Position numbers and translations under genes: made by a program. Of a stretch of DNA of 64,000 nt, positions 13,189 to 26,515 are shown piece after piece. Source of the DNA: Nemertoderma westbladi (Eukaryota > Animalia > Xenacoelomorpha); contig JAUCBJ010000597.1 of NCBI GenBank assembly GCA_032718475.1, positions 1 through 64,000 on the forward strand, in the 5' to 3' direction. The notes under the pieces were generated by a model that saw only the letters and a program-made list of their open reading frames with translations, searched no databases and had not been told where the DNA came from. Each line of letters opens with the position of its first letter. Position 1 is the stretch's first letter.

Positions 13189-14197
13189 GTGAGTTACATT
13201 TAATTTCTTAATTGAAATGACCGCGAAAAAGGAAACACATATAGTCTAGTACCGGTGGGTATAAATGGAAAAATCCAAAAAATTTGACCATATTATTATA
13301 CTTCTCATTTTCTGTTTCTTTCCTTGACAACATTGATTTTATATAGCAACTAACCTAATTAGTGGCAGATTTTCCACAAATTTGGTACAAACAATCTCTA
13401 ATCCAATCGCTCTGTATCACTTCACTATGCACTATTTATTTATGCACTACCTATTTATTTACCAGTGCAACGAAAATTTATCAAATTATTTAATTTAACC
13501 TGCTCTTAAACCACCTGGACAACCTGAAACAAGTTTGTAATTGAAGACCATAGCATGAACGAACATAACTAAATAACTAAAAAATTTTTGAACATGTGAA
13601 GGGGTGACTTCTGCAGCCGTACAAAAAATGTATAAACATGTCTAATATTGGTCATTCCTTGAATCTAATGAAGATTTATCATCTAATTTTAATCTATTAA
13701 ACAAGCTCAAACACGACGTTAGGCCTTCGCGCTGCACGTGGCGGTACCGGAAAACTGGCAGAAGATTACTGTCCCCACTAATACGCAGCCTGTGGATGGT
13801 CTACGGTCTAGCACGTGGCCCTATATCTGAAAAGTTGCAGCTTGAACTGATAACAAATACTGTAACGAAATAAAAGAAGGTTTTCACTTTCAGACATATG
13901 CCACGTTTCAGCTTAAACAGATTAATATCAAGGGAAAGGTGGAAGGTTTTCACTTTCAGATATTTCGCCTTCTAGCGGCAGACTGGAAAACCGCAGACCG
14001 ATAACCGACGCTACGAAGACACAGGGTGTGGTCTAGCACATATCTGACAAGTTTCAGCTTGAATGGATCATAAATAACGGAAATGGGTCAATTAAAACTT
14101 CAGACGGAGTGCCCCCTTTGGATGACACATTTCATGTTTAATGTAGAAATATTCATTACAATAAAATATATTAGCTTTATTGTTTTTGTTTTAACAG

Positions 14198-14463
14198 TCC
14201 CCACAGACGCACCCGAAAGTGTGCCGAAGTCACTTTCGTTTTTAAGGAACTTGAAGATCATCCACGGTCGCGGTACACTGTATGGTACGGTACACTCTCT
14301 CGCGATAGCATATCGTGGAGATTACTTGGGGTTGCAATCGTTGACAAAAGTGCGAGCCGGGAATCTTATGGTATTAATACCAGATAAATTAGCTTGCTAT
14401 GGTAACCAGTCATTTTATGACAACTTAGTTGTTAACAAGTCAACTCAAAGTATAACATATATG
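14198..14463 (+). CDS. EGFR: EGFR exon, L2 domain (SLSFLRNLKIIHGR...LGLQSLTKV...ACY)
   Basis: aacag|TC acceptor (an in-phase alternative ccacag lies 9 nt downstream), ATG|gtaagt donor. Matches EGFR L..FENLEIIRGR...LGLRSLKEI...LCY. Confidence 0.92.
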
Positions 14464-17351
14464 GTAAGTAAATATATTTAGTTACCGTAGGCTACGGTAC
14501 TACTGTAGAAAACACAGTTGGTAAATACTGTAGGATCTTCATAAGAGTAATGTGTGACATCCAACGTTACTCCAACATTTGCCGACACCGTCAAAATGTA
14601 AGAAGAAAGACTGGATTCCACCAAACATTAAACCTTAAATAAATAAATTGGAGTTGAGCTGTTAAAGATGTAATATGGTTTTGTTCAGATTTGGAAAACG
14701 CTGGTATAGCGCTGGTTCAACCCCCGGTGACGCGCTTTCTCATTTTTTCCATTTCTGAACGAAACCATAATATTAAACCTTAAATCACCGACCCCGAAAT
14801 TCCTCGTAATGATAATTTTAGCATGGTGGTTGGTGGTGTGCAGTCTTACTGTAGTTATTATTTTCTTGTTCTTACTGTAGATTCTTTAGGTTTTTTAGCC
14901 AATTTTCACCCAAATTTGTGAACTCTCCAGAAGTTTTTACAAAATGAGTTTTGTTGAAATATTATTGTAAATTTACATTTGTTTAGGGCCTATATAATTA
15001 CATTTTGGTTCAAAATATTACGAAATTATTTTTATGATCGATTATACAGTAATGCACGATTAAATGGTGTTTCAAAATCTGAAAACAGCTATTTAATAGC
15101 TAATTTTAGTTAAGTTATAATAACAATTTCCATTTAGGAAGACCTATTGAAATTACTAGTACTATGCATAAAGAAGGGTAAGCTCCTATCTCCAAATATT
15201 TTTTAAAAATCCTAACTACTTCTACAATTTTTGAGCAACTACTGTAGTCTGAAAATTTATGTGGGTGTCCATATAGATTTTTGTGGATGTCCTTCATAAA
15301 AGTATCAGACAACTTTTTGAAATTTTTAGTTAATAAAATGTAATATTATTTATAACAAACCAAAATTTAGCATAAATTTGCAGCGCCACCTGGCGGCGTA
15401 GGTTCATTTTCACTGAATTTCGTCTTATACTGTAGTTATGTTGCCAAATCCTTGATCTGTCATATAAAAAAACTTTCCTGTAATTAAATTTAAAACCCTA
15501 AGACTTCGGGTTTTAAGGTATTAACTAATATTATAGCGAAAAATAAATTGTTCTGAGTTCTGACCTGTCATGTAGAATAGCATCTTAGGTGCGTATATTC
15601 CAAATTATAGCCAAAACAAAACCATTTTGAAACGCTGAGCGTGATAAATCGAAAAGTTGTCCGAAAATGGTGTACCAACCCCCCCCCCCCCCCCCTTAAA
15701 ATGAATATAATTAATTAATATTAATTACCGGTAATTTAATTAAAAGTCATTTAATTTTTTAGAAATTTTAATTAGGCCCAATAAAAGTGGTGGTAAAAAA
15801 AACTGGGGTTCTGGCTTTCAAATATTTTTTTTTCTATTTTATCATCGCCATGCTGATTCCAAAAAACAGGTTACAACTTCTGAAAATAAAGCATAACAAA
15901 GGAGATTAGTTTTACGTTAAAAAATAAAAATTTTGGCTCCGGTCGCTAAAGCGGCGTTAAAATTGAATTTTATTTTTGAAAATCTTACATAATTTAATAT
16001 AGTCCACCCAAAATGTATCTTACACTTTTATACTTATTTGCTTTTTGGGGCAGTATGTATTTCAAAATGTTGACTTCCAATAAGCAAGTACCTATCCACC
16101 CCCCCCCCCCCCCCCCCCCCCCCCCTTAAAAAATCTGCAATTTTTGAAGATTCAAAGGTGCGGGGTCCAAAAAAGTTGGTAAATACTGCACAACACTCGC
16201 TGTTTTTTATTTTGTTAGTTAGTAAATATAATTATTTGTAATGCCCTACTGCTACGGTAATTGTATATTGTCTTACTGTAAAGCTCAGTTCACAGATACA
16301 CTTCACGGTGACATCGCTGTCAAAGTGCAGTGCATCCGCTTGAACCGGGCGTACTGCAGTTACAGTACTGATGCATGATATAGCAGCAGACTGGCAGAAA
16401 TACTGATGTATGTATGATGTACTGCTAGGCCTACTGTACTGGCCTGATGTGGATGTGGAACCTAAAATCCTAAATATAAACGGAGAAAAACTAAAAAAAA
16501 TTACTGAACATTGAACAAGTAAAGAAACTGACATAATGAAACAATATGCAATACCGGTAGACCGCTTCACCCTGCTCCTGCTTTCACCTTTTATTCTGTT
16601 ATTATTTTAATTCTGTACACATGTCCAATGTCAGCATGTACAGCTGTCAGCTGTAGGCCTAATTCAATAATTGGAGTACAGGAGCTATAGGCCTACTGCT
16701 ATATGCAATACTGCAGTACTGCAATACACAATATAGTACAGTACAGTACAGTACACAGTCAGACAGTAGTAGGAAGTAGGGTAGGGTGTACGTACACAGT
16801 CTGACAGTGCTGCAGTGCAGTGCAGGCTGCAGTGAGACAGTACCGCGTACCGGTACGGGCGGTACCTGTACTCAGTACCAGCCACCAGAGTACTGTCTGA
16901 CCTGATCTGCTGATTGTCAGACTGTCTGACTGCACCGGTACCGATATCTTCAATCTTCCGAGATATTACTGTATCAGCACAATCAGAGTATTACAGTATT
17001 ACAGTATTAGACTGCTTGACTCGATTGGACAGACCAGCAGACAGTACATCTAGTAACAGTAGACAATGCTGCAATGACAGAATGACGGCACTTACTGACT
17101 AACCTGCTGACGGTGAACATTCAGCACAGACAGACCGACAAGACAACGGACAACCCAGCAACCACAAGGCCACAACCTTACAACCAAGAACCGAATCATT
17201 AGAACGTACTGCCTTAAGTCTCAGACAGTGCAGTGACATTGACATAGTATATAGCCATTTTCTTGTATTATTCACCCATAGCAGCATAGTACTCACTGCT
17301 GTACCAACTGGTACTGGTACCTACTGACCTACGTTATTATAAATAAGGAAA

Positions 17352-18419
17352 ATGCCGAGCCCTGAAAGAAATCGGACGCGAGGAGCGAGACGTCCTCGAC
17401 CTTATGACAATCCCTCCGAACGCGGTAAATCCTCCCACAGAGTGTTCCTAAGCAACCTTCCTTATGATCTCCGATGGCCAGACCTCAAAGACATATTCCG
17501 GGACAAGGTAGGCGAGGTTGGACACGTGAACCTACAGCTGAGCGAAGATGGGAGGACGAACAAAGGGATCGGTTGGGTAGAGTTGACAAACGCTGAGGAC
17601 GTCGAGAAAGCCATCGACGTGCTCAATCGTACCGAGGTTAAAGGCCGGAAGATAATCGTTAGACAAGAGACGTCTAGGGATCGGGAGCGGTTGCGAGAGA
17701 CCAGCGAAGATGTCCGTCGTCAACGGATGCCGTACGCCGGGATGGAGCCGACGCTTGGGGGCGGGGGGATGGGGTTCCCAGGGGGCACTGGAGGCGGAGG
17801 GGGGCTCCTAGGGGGCGGGGGGCTAAGCCAAATCGCCATGCTGCTGCAGCCCCATCTCGCGGACGCGTTGTCCGGCGGCGGGACCAACTGCACGATCTTC
17901 GTCGCGAATCTCGAGTACGGCATCGCGTGGCAGAAGCTCAAGGATATCTTCAAGGTGGCGGGTCGGGTGCGGCGGGTCGATTTGAAGGAGGATAACGCGG
18001 GTAAAAGTCGAGGGTGCGGCACAATCGAGTACAGCAACCCGGAAGAGGCGATACGAGCGGTCTCGATGTTCCACGGACAAATACTAAACGGGCGGCCCAT
18101 GTCGGTCCGACTGGACGACATGGGGGGTAGAGGGGAGCGTGATCGATATGCCCCCCCTCGGGGGGACCGAGGTAGGCCCCCTCCCCGGGGGGAACTCGAT
18201 TTCAAGCCGCCCAGAGAGGCCGACTTTATGCCACATCGGCCTCCTCCCATGGATTATATGCCTCGGGAGGATCCGTTGATGGGTTTGGGTCGGTTGGACA
18301 ACCCGCTGTTGGGTCAGTTGGCGGGTCTCCTCCAGTTGGCCGCATCCCGCGGTGTCGGGGATGTTTACGAGGACCGGAGGGATTACGGTTACCGTGGGGG
18401 CCCCAGGTACGGTCGTTAG
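17352..18419 (+). CDS. Intronless hnRNP M/MYEF2-like RNA-binding protein with two RRMs, nested in an EGFR intron
   Basis: RRM1 RVFLSNLPYDLRWPDLKDIFRDKVGEV...KGIGWVE and RRM2 TIFVANLEYGIAWQKLKDIFKVAG...GKSRGCGTIEY...AVSMFHGQILNGRPMSVRLD are characteristic of hnRNP M/MYEF2. G/M/R/P-rich linkers; GC-rich intact ORF. Confidence 0.88.
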   Translation: MPSPERNRTRGARRPRPYDNPSERGKSSHRVFLSNLPYDLRWPDLKDIFRDKVGEVGHVNLQLSEDGRTNKGIGWVELTNAEDVEKAIDVLNRTEVKGRKIIVRQETSRDRERLRETSEDVRRQRMPYAGMEPTLGGGGMGFPGGTGGGGGLLGGGGLSQIAMLLQPHLADALSGGGTNCTIFVANLEYGIAWQKLKDIFKVAGRVRRVDLKEDNAGKSRGCGTIEYSNPEEAIRAVSMFHGQILNGRPMSVRLDDMGGRGERDRYAPPRGDRGRPPPRGELDFKPPREADFMPHRPPPMDYMPREDPLMGLGRLDNPLLGQLAGLLQLAASRGVGDVYEDRRDYGYRGGPRYGR

Positions 18420-21265
18420 GAAGCCATCGTATCACTCTGTCCAGCGATTTATTCTTTACTTACTGCAATAGATTTTGATACTGTTAGATATTTGTTTGCA
18501 ACAACAGCTCAACGCATTGCAACGGGAGTTTCCTTACCGGGTAGTTCACTCAACGGCTCAAAATCGATTTGTATTCTCTCAGTTTGGCTTCATCGCGTTG
18601 TATTTTATTCGTTGTTTTTTTATCGAATTGATCCCTTTATTAATTAATTCTTTATGTTTGACAAACTCTGGACTTAATTCATTTAAGGCGAATTGGTTTC
18701 TGATTGTCAAATTTGGTCGATTCTGGTTGAAACATTTGGTTTTAATTCTACCAAATGTTTGCTCAAGGTCTATTTATTCATACAGAATTGGGTTGTTCGA
18801 TTTATAACTGCATTCACAGTGTGAAATACTATTCGGAATCTATCATAATTTGTTCTATATGATTTATGTAGATACACATGTTCAAACTTACTTTAATTGG
18901 CACTCCTTCCAGTTGATTACCTGTTTACTGGTTAAGATGCACTACACAAACTTCTATATATCCTCTCGCCTACTGACTAGACGTAGAACATAGTTTTACT
19001 AGATTCCTCTCATGGTCTGACTACATCCTACTACTTATCTAGTAAGAATACAATTTACAACTGTACAGACTAGTACTGTTAATGTTCTTCCAATATAATT
19101 AATAGTCTTAGAGAGTCTAGGAGAGGTTAGATCACAATTAGAGATGCCATATTGTACTTGACTGGGGTCTCCAAAACAAAACCCAAGTGATGGTTATCAG
19201 TCAGCTATATGGTTAATAGTTTATATTGGGAACTTATTATAATTCACTGATTATTTAATTCGGGAAGATTTGATTGAATTATTAAATTTATTTGCACATA
19301 ACTATTATCCCATGATTCTTCCCTCCATTGTATCTAACTGCTCTAATATTAACAATAATTATTCTGGCTGCCTTTCTATATTCTGAGGCTCTTATAGTTC
19401 AAAGTTGTTGGATCGTCGGTGTTTATTGTCATTCATTTTGGTGTTTATCTTTTTTTTGTTGAATTTTATTCTCTCGTTCTACTGCACTATTATATTAAAT
19501 ATATATTTGTAATGATATAAGAATACAACTTCAGTGTATTAACTGTTAGTAACATTTTTTCTCGTTTCAATTCTTTCCAATAAAGGAGACAACATCTAGT
19601 GAATCCTCTCGTGTGGAATTTTTCGGGAATCTTACAACTCTCGGCATTTCTCTATAATAACTGACTCGAAAAAGTATTTTATTCAAACCGTGTTGTCGTG
19701 GTTCCCCTCATTCCAAATTTTGTTCAGAATTTTCTCATTTTAATAAATATTATGTGGAGAAAGTCGATTGCTAATTCTGTTTGTTAAAAATAATATGCAT
19801 GTCTCGGTCTCCTTTGCTTTACAACATTCATTCAAAAATACGGGTGTTGGTTGACCACATGACATTCGTTCACTTATCACCGCTCCTGGATTGGTGTCCA
19901 TTGCTTGTGATAGTTGTGTTTGGTGTCTCTGATGAACCATGGACAATTGGCCATTTCATTCCAATAATTTGTCCGCGTTAGCTTAGCATTAAAACGGACC
20001 CTTCTGATTTGTCTGTAGTTTCTTCAGTTGTAATCATCTCAGCCTACAGGAAGCCGACATTATTTATTGCATTGGATATGATAATCTTCACTACGAAAGT
20101 TGCAGCTGCAGTGGCATTAATAGCGCCATTTCTGAATAAATTTATCGAAAAATTCGTTATCGTAAAAAATAATTGTATTAAAATTGATTTTCTGTACCGC
20201 ACTTTGGTGTCGTTTTTAGATTTCTCTTCTCATTAACTGCGGGTGGTGTCCTTCCTATAGAAACATCGTGATTTATGGGAGATAAAATGCGGTAAAGTGA
20301 TCTGCGGAGCTGTTGTATCCGTCAGCACTTTGTTAACTACTGGTACACTAAAATTGCAGTTGGGTTAGGAGTCTAGGCATAAATAGCGGCTAACGGTTTG
20401 GCCGCTACTATATTTAATTCAACAATGTAGTTTTATTGTTTGCAGTGGACAAGGAGATGATGATAGGTAATATTAAAATTATAATGAAAAATACCGTCAT
20501 GAGAAAAAGAATCACATATAATTTAATTATGTTATTTTACTTTTTTCCCCTGGAGTTTATTAGCCTGTACTTGTAACTCTACAATACTGAATCCAAATAA
20601 CTTAATTTTCACCCATGTGAAGAATTCTAGGTTTTCGGTGGGAATTTGAATGAAAATTTATATATGAAAATTTTAAATTTTTATTAAATTAGTCCCTATC
20701 AAGAACGCTTATTTCTATATCATTGCCTGGACATTTACTAATTAGTTTGTTGTTTTGGTTAGATTCAGCCCTTTCAGCATTAGCAAGTTAAAAAATACAG
20801 ATTCAGCACTAAAAACACAGGGTTTTTAGTGAAAACTTGGCGTTCTTCACATAGTGGTCAACTGCAAAGTGCTTCACATGGGCCGAACTTGTTCTGGGGT
20901 TGTCCCGGCAACTTCTGTAAACAAATAATATTACTGTCATCAATAAGCTCCCACCAACTATCAGACTGTCTTGGGTGCATGCAGCAATTTCAAACTCTAA
21001 AATTTGCAATATGTAATGCTTCATCAAACGAAATATTTATTTTATATATTATAATATTTTTGAAAATATATATTTTTTTGTTTTATTTTTGCGAGTAATC
21101 AGCAGTAATTTGGGTCGAGTTTCCCCTGGAGAGGCATGAATATTGATTGCTTCTAAGTCCCCGCTACCTTACACATTAAACTTTTTTTGAAACATCAAAA
21201 GTTTCGTCACCGTTTTTCATCAAGTTTCGTAGTGTAGCACTTAACATTTTGAATTATATGTTTAG

Positions 21266-21459
21266 AGTTACTCGATTGATGTAAATGATACCGCGGTGTG
21301 TTCCCCTTGTTACCAAGAATGCGACGTTCGCGATCTTGGTTGTTGGGGCCCTGGCCCAGAGAACTGTAAGCGATGTCAACAGTTCGCCCTCAATCGAACT
21401 TTGGACAAATTGTTCCCCAACCCCGATAAATGTGTCTCATCATGTGATACAGACAATGG
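21266..21459 (+). CDS. EGFR: EGFR exon, furin-like domain IV (CSPCYQEC...GCWGPGPENCKRC)
   Basis: tttag|AGT acceptor, AATGG|gtaagt donor, phase 0/2. Hallmark GCWGPGP..C..C motif. Confidence 0.93.
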
Positions 21460-23419
21460 GTAAGTCAATGATAATGTGATTACTGCAATTAGGCCTATGT
21501 AATGGAATTTCTACAGTAGGCCAACCCCCGACATGCAATTAAAATTTCCTGATTACAACTGACAAAACATACACCAAAAAGTTAACAATATTAAAAAGTT
21601 TCAAAAATGATATTTTTGGATGTTTGATGGTCTTTATGGTGTCAAATGTGGTGCTGCAAAAGTTGCCATTAACTTGAGAATGAAACATCGGAATCACCAA
21701 AAAAGTTCCTTAAATCTGATGAAAAAAAGACTGGGATGAACCAATCACCCCCCCCCCCCCCCCTCAAAATTAAATACATGGAATGAGTATGGGCTCCAGT
21801 GTTGCAACGGGATCCCGGTTTTCGGGATCGGGATTTTTAATATTATTGCGGCCCTACTCTTCCAAAATTTAAAATAACTATCTACCCTGCCCTGTATAGA
21901 AATATAAAAAATTTCGAGAAATCTCATGCAGAGGCGTAGCGAGGGGGGGGGGTGTTCCTCCAGGCGCACTCACCCGGGGGCGCTGAAATGCCAGGCAAAT
22001 GTCAGGGTATTCTTGTAAAAATAAGACAAATCAGTAAAAAGTCAGGGATTGTGATACAGTATATACACATACCGGTACAGGACATATTTCATAAGCGAAA
22101 AATGTAAAAATTTTCTCTGCTCGCTTCGCTCGCCATTCAATATACAGTATTATAATTTCATTATATCAAACTTATGTATAATAGATTTTACAAGTGTCCC
22201 TTCTAGTGTTTTTATAATATAGCAATTCATGTATGTAGGTAAAATAAAACCGTTAGGTACCTATTATTATACTTTTGAACAACCCCCCACTATCCAGTAA
22301 GCAACCGAGGGTGGACTCTCTATAGCCGAGGGGCACTTGTATAATAACTAATAATCACGAACCCCGTCCTCTTATAATATCACCTAACTCTGCAGTAGTC
22401 AGTAGCAATAGTAGTAATAGTAGTTAGTAGTGGTAGTAAGAAGAATAAGAGTGAGAAAGAGAGAGAGAAAGAGAGGGAGAGTGAGAGGAAGTAGAGTAGA
22501 ATAAGATACGGATTCATAATTATTTTATCAAACTCATGTACTACTTACTTCATTCAATGTGCCAATTGTAATAATAATTAAACATTACTCTGATTACCCT
22601 GGGTTTAGCCCCATAAGATATTATACTGACGTATTTTATATTAATATATCCATGCGAGTAAACAAGAAGTGAAGTAAATGTTTATTATTATAGTTTTAAA
22701 AATTGAATGATATACCCAAGATAGTGAAATAGATAATATACCACAAATTGCCATTTGATCAGATGTATCAAAGCGGCGTCTCTAGTATAATACAATTCAC
22801 TCTGTTATACAATGTAAATATACTAAATCTATTTATAAATATATTATGAGCCCTACATTGTATATTTCTCCTACAGGTAGACAATGTAGTATGTTAAAAC
22901 TTGATATAATTTGGTATAATGTATAACATATTACAAATAAGACTGAGGCAGCTAAACTATATTGCAAAGAAATCAAATATCCTAAAGTAATATACTAGAC
23001 CCTCCCTCCACCCTATAAATAGTGTTCACCACCTACCCCACCCACCACCCTTATTACTACATAATAATGAAAGATAGTACTGGCGCTCCGGTCACTCCGT
23101 TCCCTCCGCTGGTGAGGTTAAGTACTAGGTTTTGACACTATGCAAAATCCGAGCACAGAGTTAGAAGCGCATTGGATAGGCGAACATTTCTTGCAGTGAA
23201 AGTATTTCCATATATGTTATAATTTTCGAGATAGTCAGACATGAGTAGCAAAAATTTGAATTTTTTTTTGGTAAAGTCTGATTTCACCGGTACCTGTCAT
23301 CCGAAATATGGATTATGATATATCGTTAGATGCGGGTCCACTAACTGTACATTCACATTTTTTCAAGAAAAAAATTCGATCAAGGGTTTTCGAAATATTT
23401 TCGAATTACCGGAAGCAGA

Positions 23420-24535
23420 CTTTGGACGACCATATCTCCGGTACCGGTAGGCCTATTGAGTCGAAATTTTTTTTAATCTACTTAGAACACTCCAGTGAAT
23501 GTTTTTTAGTTTGAAAGTTTTGCCCCAAAATGCTTAGAAGTAATTTCGAAAAAACTGATCATTTCGCGATCATGATCTTTTGACCCCCTAGAATTGAACT
23601 TTTTTATGGTCAAATTTTGGCTACCCCCCCTAATTCGAGGGTGAGGAATCTTTTTGTAATGTTAAGTTTTTTCATACGGTGAACTCACAGGACTTGGTCT
23701 TCGAAATAAAACCGAAAACATGATCTTTCCTGATCATGGCCTGATCAAATCGCTTTTTGAAAATTTCGAAATGCTTAAAAGTTGCCCCTTCTTAATAGAA
23801 GTCGATTAGTAAAAAAAAAATCGGGGGTCTCAAACAAAGTTTTCGAGAAAATCGGGAAAAACCGAAAAACACGATCTTTTATGATCAGGAAGCTGATCTC
23901 GAGAACCAGTTGACCGATCGAGCCAATTTTTTTTTTAATCAACTCAGAATAGACCATTGAACATTTCTTACAATGAATGTTTATTAGAAAAATGCTTAGA
24001 TTCGATTTTAAATATACTGATCTTTTCGCGATCATGATCTTGAGTTTTGACCCACTAGACTTGAACTTTTTTATGCCCAAATTTTGGCTACCCCCCATAA
24101 TTCGAAGGTGAGGAATCTTTTTGTGATGTTAAGTTTTTCCATACGGTGAACTCCCAGGACTTGGTCTTCGAAATAATACCGAAAACACGATCTTTTCTGA
24201 TCGCGGCCTGATCAAATCGCTTTTTGGAAATTTTGAAATGCTCAAAAGTTGCCCCTTCATCATAGAAGCCAATTCGTAAAAAAAAAATCGGGGGTCTCAA
24301 ACAAAGTTTTCGAGAAAATTTGAAAAAAACGAAAAACACGATCTTTAATGATCAGGTATCAGATCTCGAGAACCGGTTGTCCGATCGAGCCAATTTTTTT
24401 TTAATCGACTCAGGGCGGTGTTCTGAACGTTTCCTACAGTAATTGTTTATATCCAAAATGCTTAGTTACGATTTTACGAAGTCCGATCTTTGCGCGATCA
24501 TGATCTTGTGTTTTGATCAGGAAGAATTCACTTTT
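23420..24535. repeat. ~470-bp internal tandem repeat (~2.4 copies) of a non-autonomous element flanking the Polinton
   Basis: CCCCCC(A)TAATTCGA.GGTGAGGAATCTTTTTGT...GGACTTGGTCTTCGAAATA at ~23625 and ~24091; AAAAAAAATCGGGGGTCTCAAACAAAGTTTTCGAG at ~23813 and ~24281. Confidence 0.8.
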
Positions 24536-25047
24536 TTTTAAATCTTTTAACGGGAATCATGACTAATGTGGTTTTCGATTGGAGCAAGCCTGGAGTGTCC
24601 GATTGCTGATCAATGCTGATCAATGCTGATCATGGTCAAGATCATGATCGGGCAACTTCAAACTCGAAGTTGTGAAGGTAAACCATATGCTGCCTATTGA
24701 TTGGCGCCGGTCCCAACTCCGTAGCATTAGCCGTTTTGGCTGTAGCTCCATAGCAATGAGGTTGCTAGGGAGGCTGACTTTTTGACTCAAATTGGCCCTA
24801 GACGGAGAACCGTAGACTTTTGAAACATAATGTATATGGGAAAAAGTCTTCTGGATAAATTTTGTGGGGGGGTCTAGGAACATCCTATTGTTGGTTTTCG
24901 CTTAGTTTCTGAGAAAAGCTTCTCCCAGAAATTCCGGCCAATCTATAAAGGCCTGCGCAATGCTAGTACCGTGGCCGAGCACGGATTCGGGTTATCCGAA
25001 CACGATAACCTGCGGTTGGGGCCCTGACCGTCCAGTCCTTCCTCATG

Positions 25048-25994
25048 AGTAGTATGGTAAACACCTGGAATAAAACAGCTTCTGCAATAGTCTACCATGT
25101 TAAAGAATTTGCCGAACGGCTCTTGCCCCGCCTACTTACTATGATTACCATTGTTGCCCCACCCACTTACTATGGTTACTATGGTTACCATTGTGCATAT
25201 GTAACATATGTCACCACTGTGTATATGTGACATATGTGGTATAAGGCCAGTCCACAGACGGAAGTAATTTAATTAATTCGTGTCTACCGGTTGGCGTTTG
25301 ACCTTGAACCGCAATAGGTAAAACCCAATATAGTAAGTGGGTTGCAGACGTTTGTTATAAAGTCTTTAACATGATAGACTATTACAGACGCAACAACTAA
25401 AAAAGGTGAATAAACACAGACTAACGGTGGCTACCAATATTGTCAAGCAATAAGTTGCGGGGGCGAGCCGCGAAGTGAGAATAAGGTATTTATAATATTA
25501 TTTTAATTTGATTATTCTACCTATGGGGCGAGCCATGAAGTGAGTGATAGCATCGAAGTAAGGTTATTGTATTTATACTTATCACTACGCAACAAGTTGT
25601 GGGGCGAGCCACGAAGTGAGTATAAGGTTATGGTATTTATAATATTATTTTAATTTGATTATTCTACCTATGGGGCGAGCCATGAAGTGAGTGATAGCAT
25701 CGAAGTAAGGTTATTGTATTTATAATATTATTATTTTAATTTGATCATTTACTTAAATCCGGCACCGCTTTATTTAAAAATTTCTCCCACCATCCACCCG
25801 CTTATCCTGCTATCACCATCCGCCCAATCTTCTTCCTCATCCTCAACATCATTACCACCACCACCATCACCCAACATCCCCATCATTCTTTCCAACATTG
25901 AAAAAATGGGGCGAGCCATGAAGCGAGTGAAGCCTTAGCATATGGGTGCCATTAATGAGTTGTGGGGCGAGCTACGACGAAGTAAGGTTATTGT
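25048..25994 (+). repeat. Polinton left terminal inverted repeat
   Basis: Reverse complement of 43548-44495 with only about 10 differences seen by eye. Contains internal GGGGCGAGCC(A/G)(C/T)GAAG(T/C)GAG repeats. Confidence 0.96.
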
Positions 25995-26080
25995 ATTTAT
26001 AATATTATCATTATACCAACAAATTTGATTATTATACTTAAATCCATCACCATTACTATTTTAAAATTTCTTCCACCACC

Positions 26081-26515
26081 TCACCCATTTATCCCGCTAT
26101 CCTCGCTATCTACATCCTCCACATTATTACCATTACCACCACCACCATCACCCAACATCCCCATCATTCCTTCTAACATCTCAATCCTTTCTTTCATCAC
26201 CTTCTCCTGTGCACACCTCTCAGCCTCCCTCGTTCTCCTAACCCCCTCAGCCTCCATCTCCAACTCCCAATCTTCACCCCACGCACTGTTCTTTCTCGCC
26301 TCTTCCTCCAAATAATGGTTCTTCTCTATCTCCTCCCACTCATTTCTTGGATTTAACAACCTCTCCAACCGCGCTTCTTCTTTCTCCCTCGCATACATAG
26401 CCACCAATATTGCTTCATTCTCCTTCGCTATTTCAGCCACCACATCCACATCTTCCACCTCTTCCCCCACATCCATATCTACTTCATCCACCACAAGTTC
26501 ATTTTCCCCCAACAT
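26081..26515 (-). CDS. Polinton acidic (E/D-rich) hypothetical protein
   Basis: 144-aa ATG ORF, Glu-rich and coiled-coil-like. Its 3' end is duplicated inside both TIRs. Confidence 0.55.
   Translation of the reverse strand: MLGENELVVDEVDMDVGEEVEDVDVVAEIAKENEAILVAMYAREKEEARLERLLNPRNEWEEIEKNHYLEEEARKNSAWGEDWELEMEAEGVRRTREAERCAQEKVMKERIEMLEGMMGMLGDGGGGNGNNVEDVDSEDSGING

Noticed and set aside
17532-18435. Antisense ORFs over the RRM gene (and similar shadow ORFs over Polinton genes)
   Set aside because: By-products of the sense-strand coding sequence.
18790-20250. Possible decayed LINE (ORF1/endonuclease) on the minus strand
   Set aside because: Only a compositional impression, with no motif readable with confidence.
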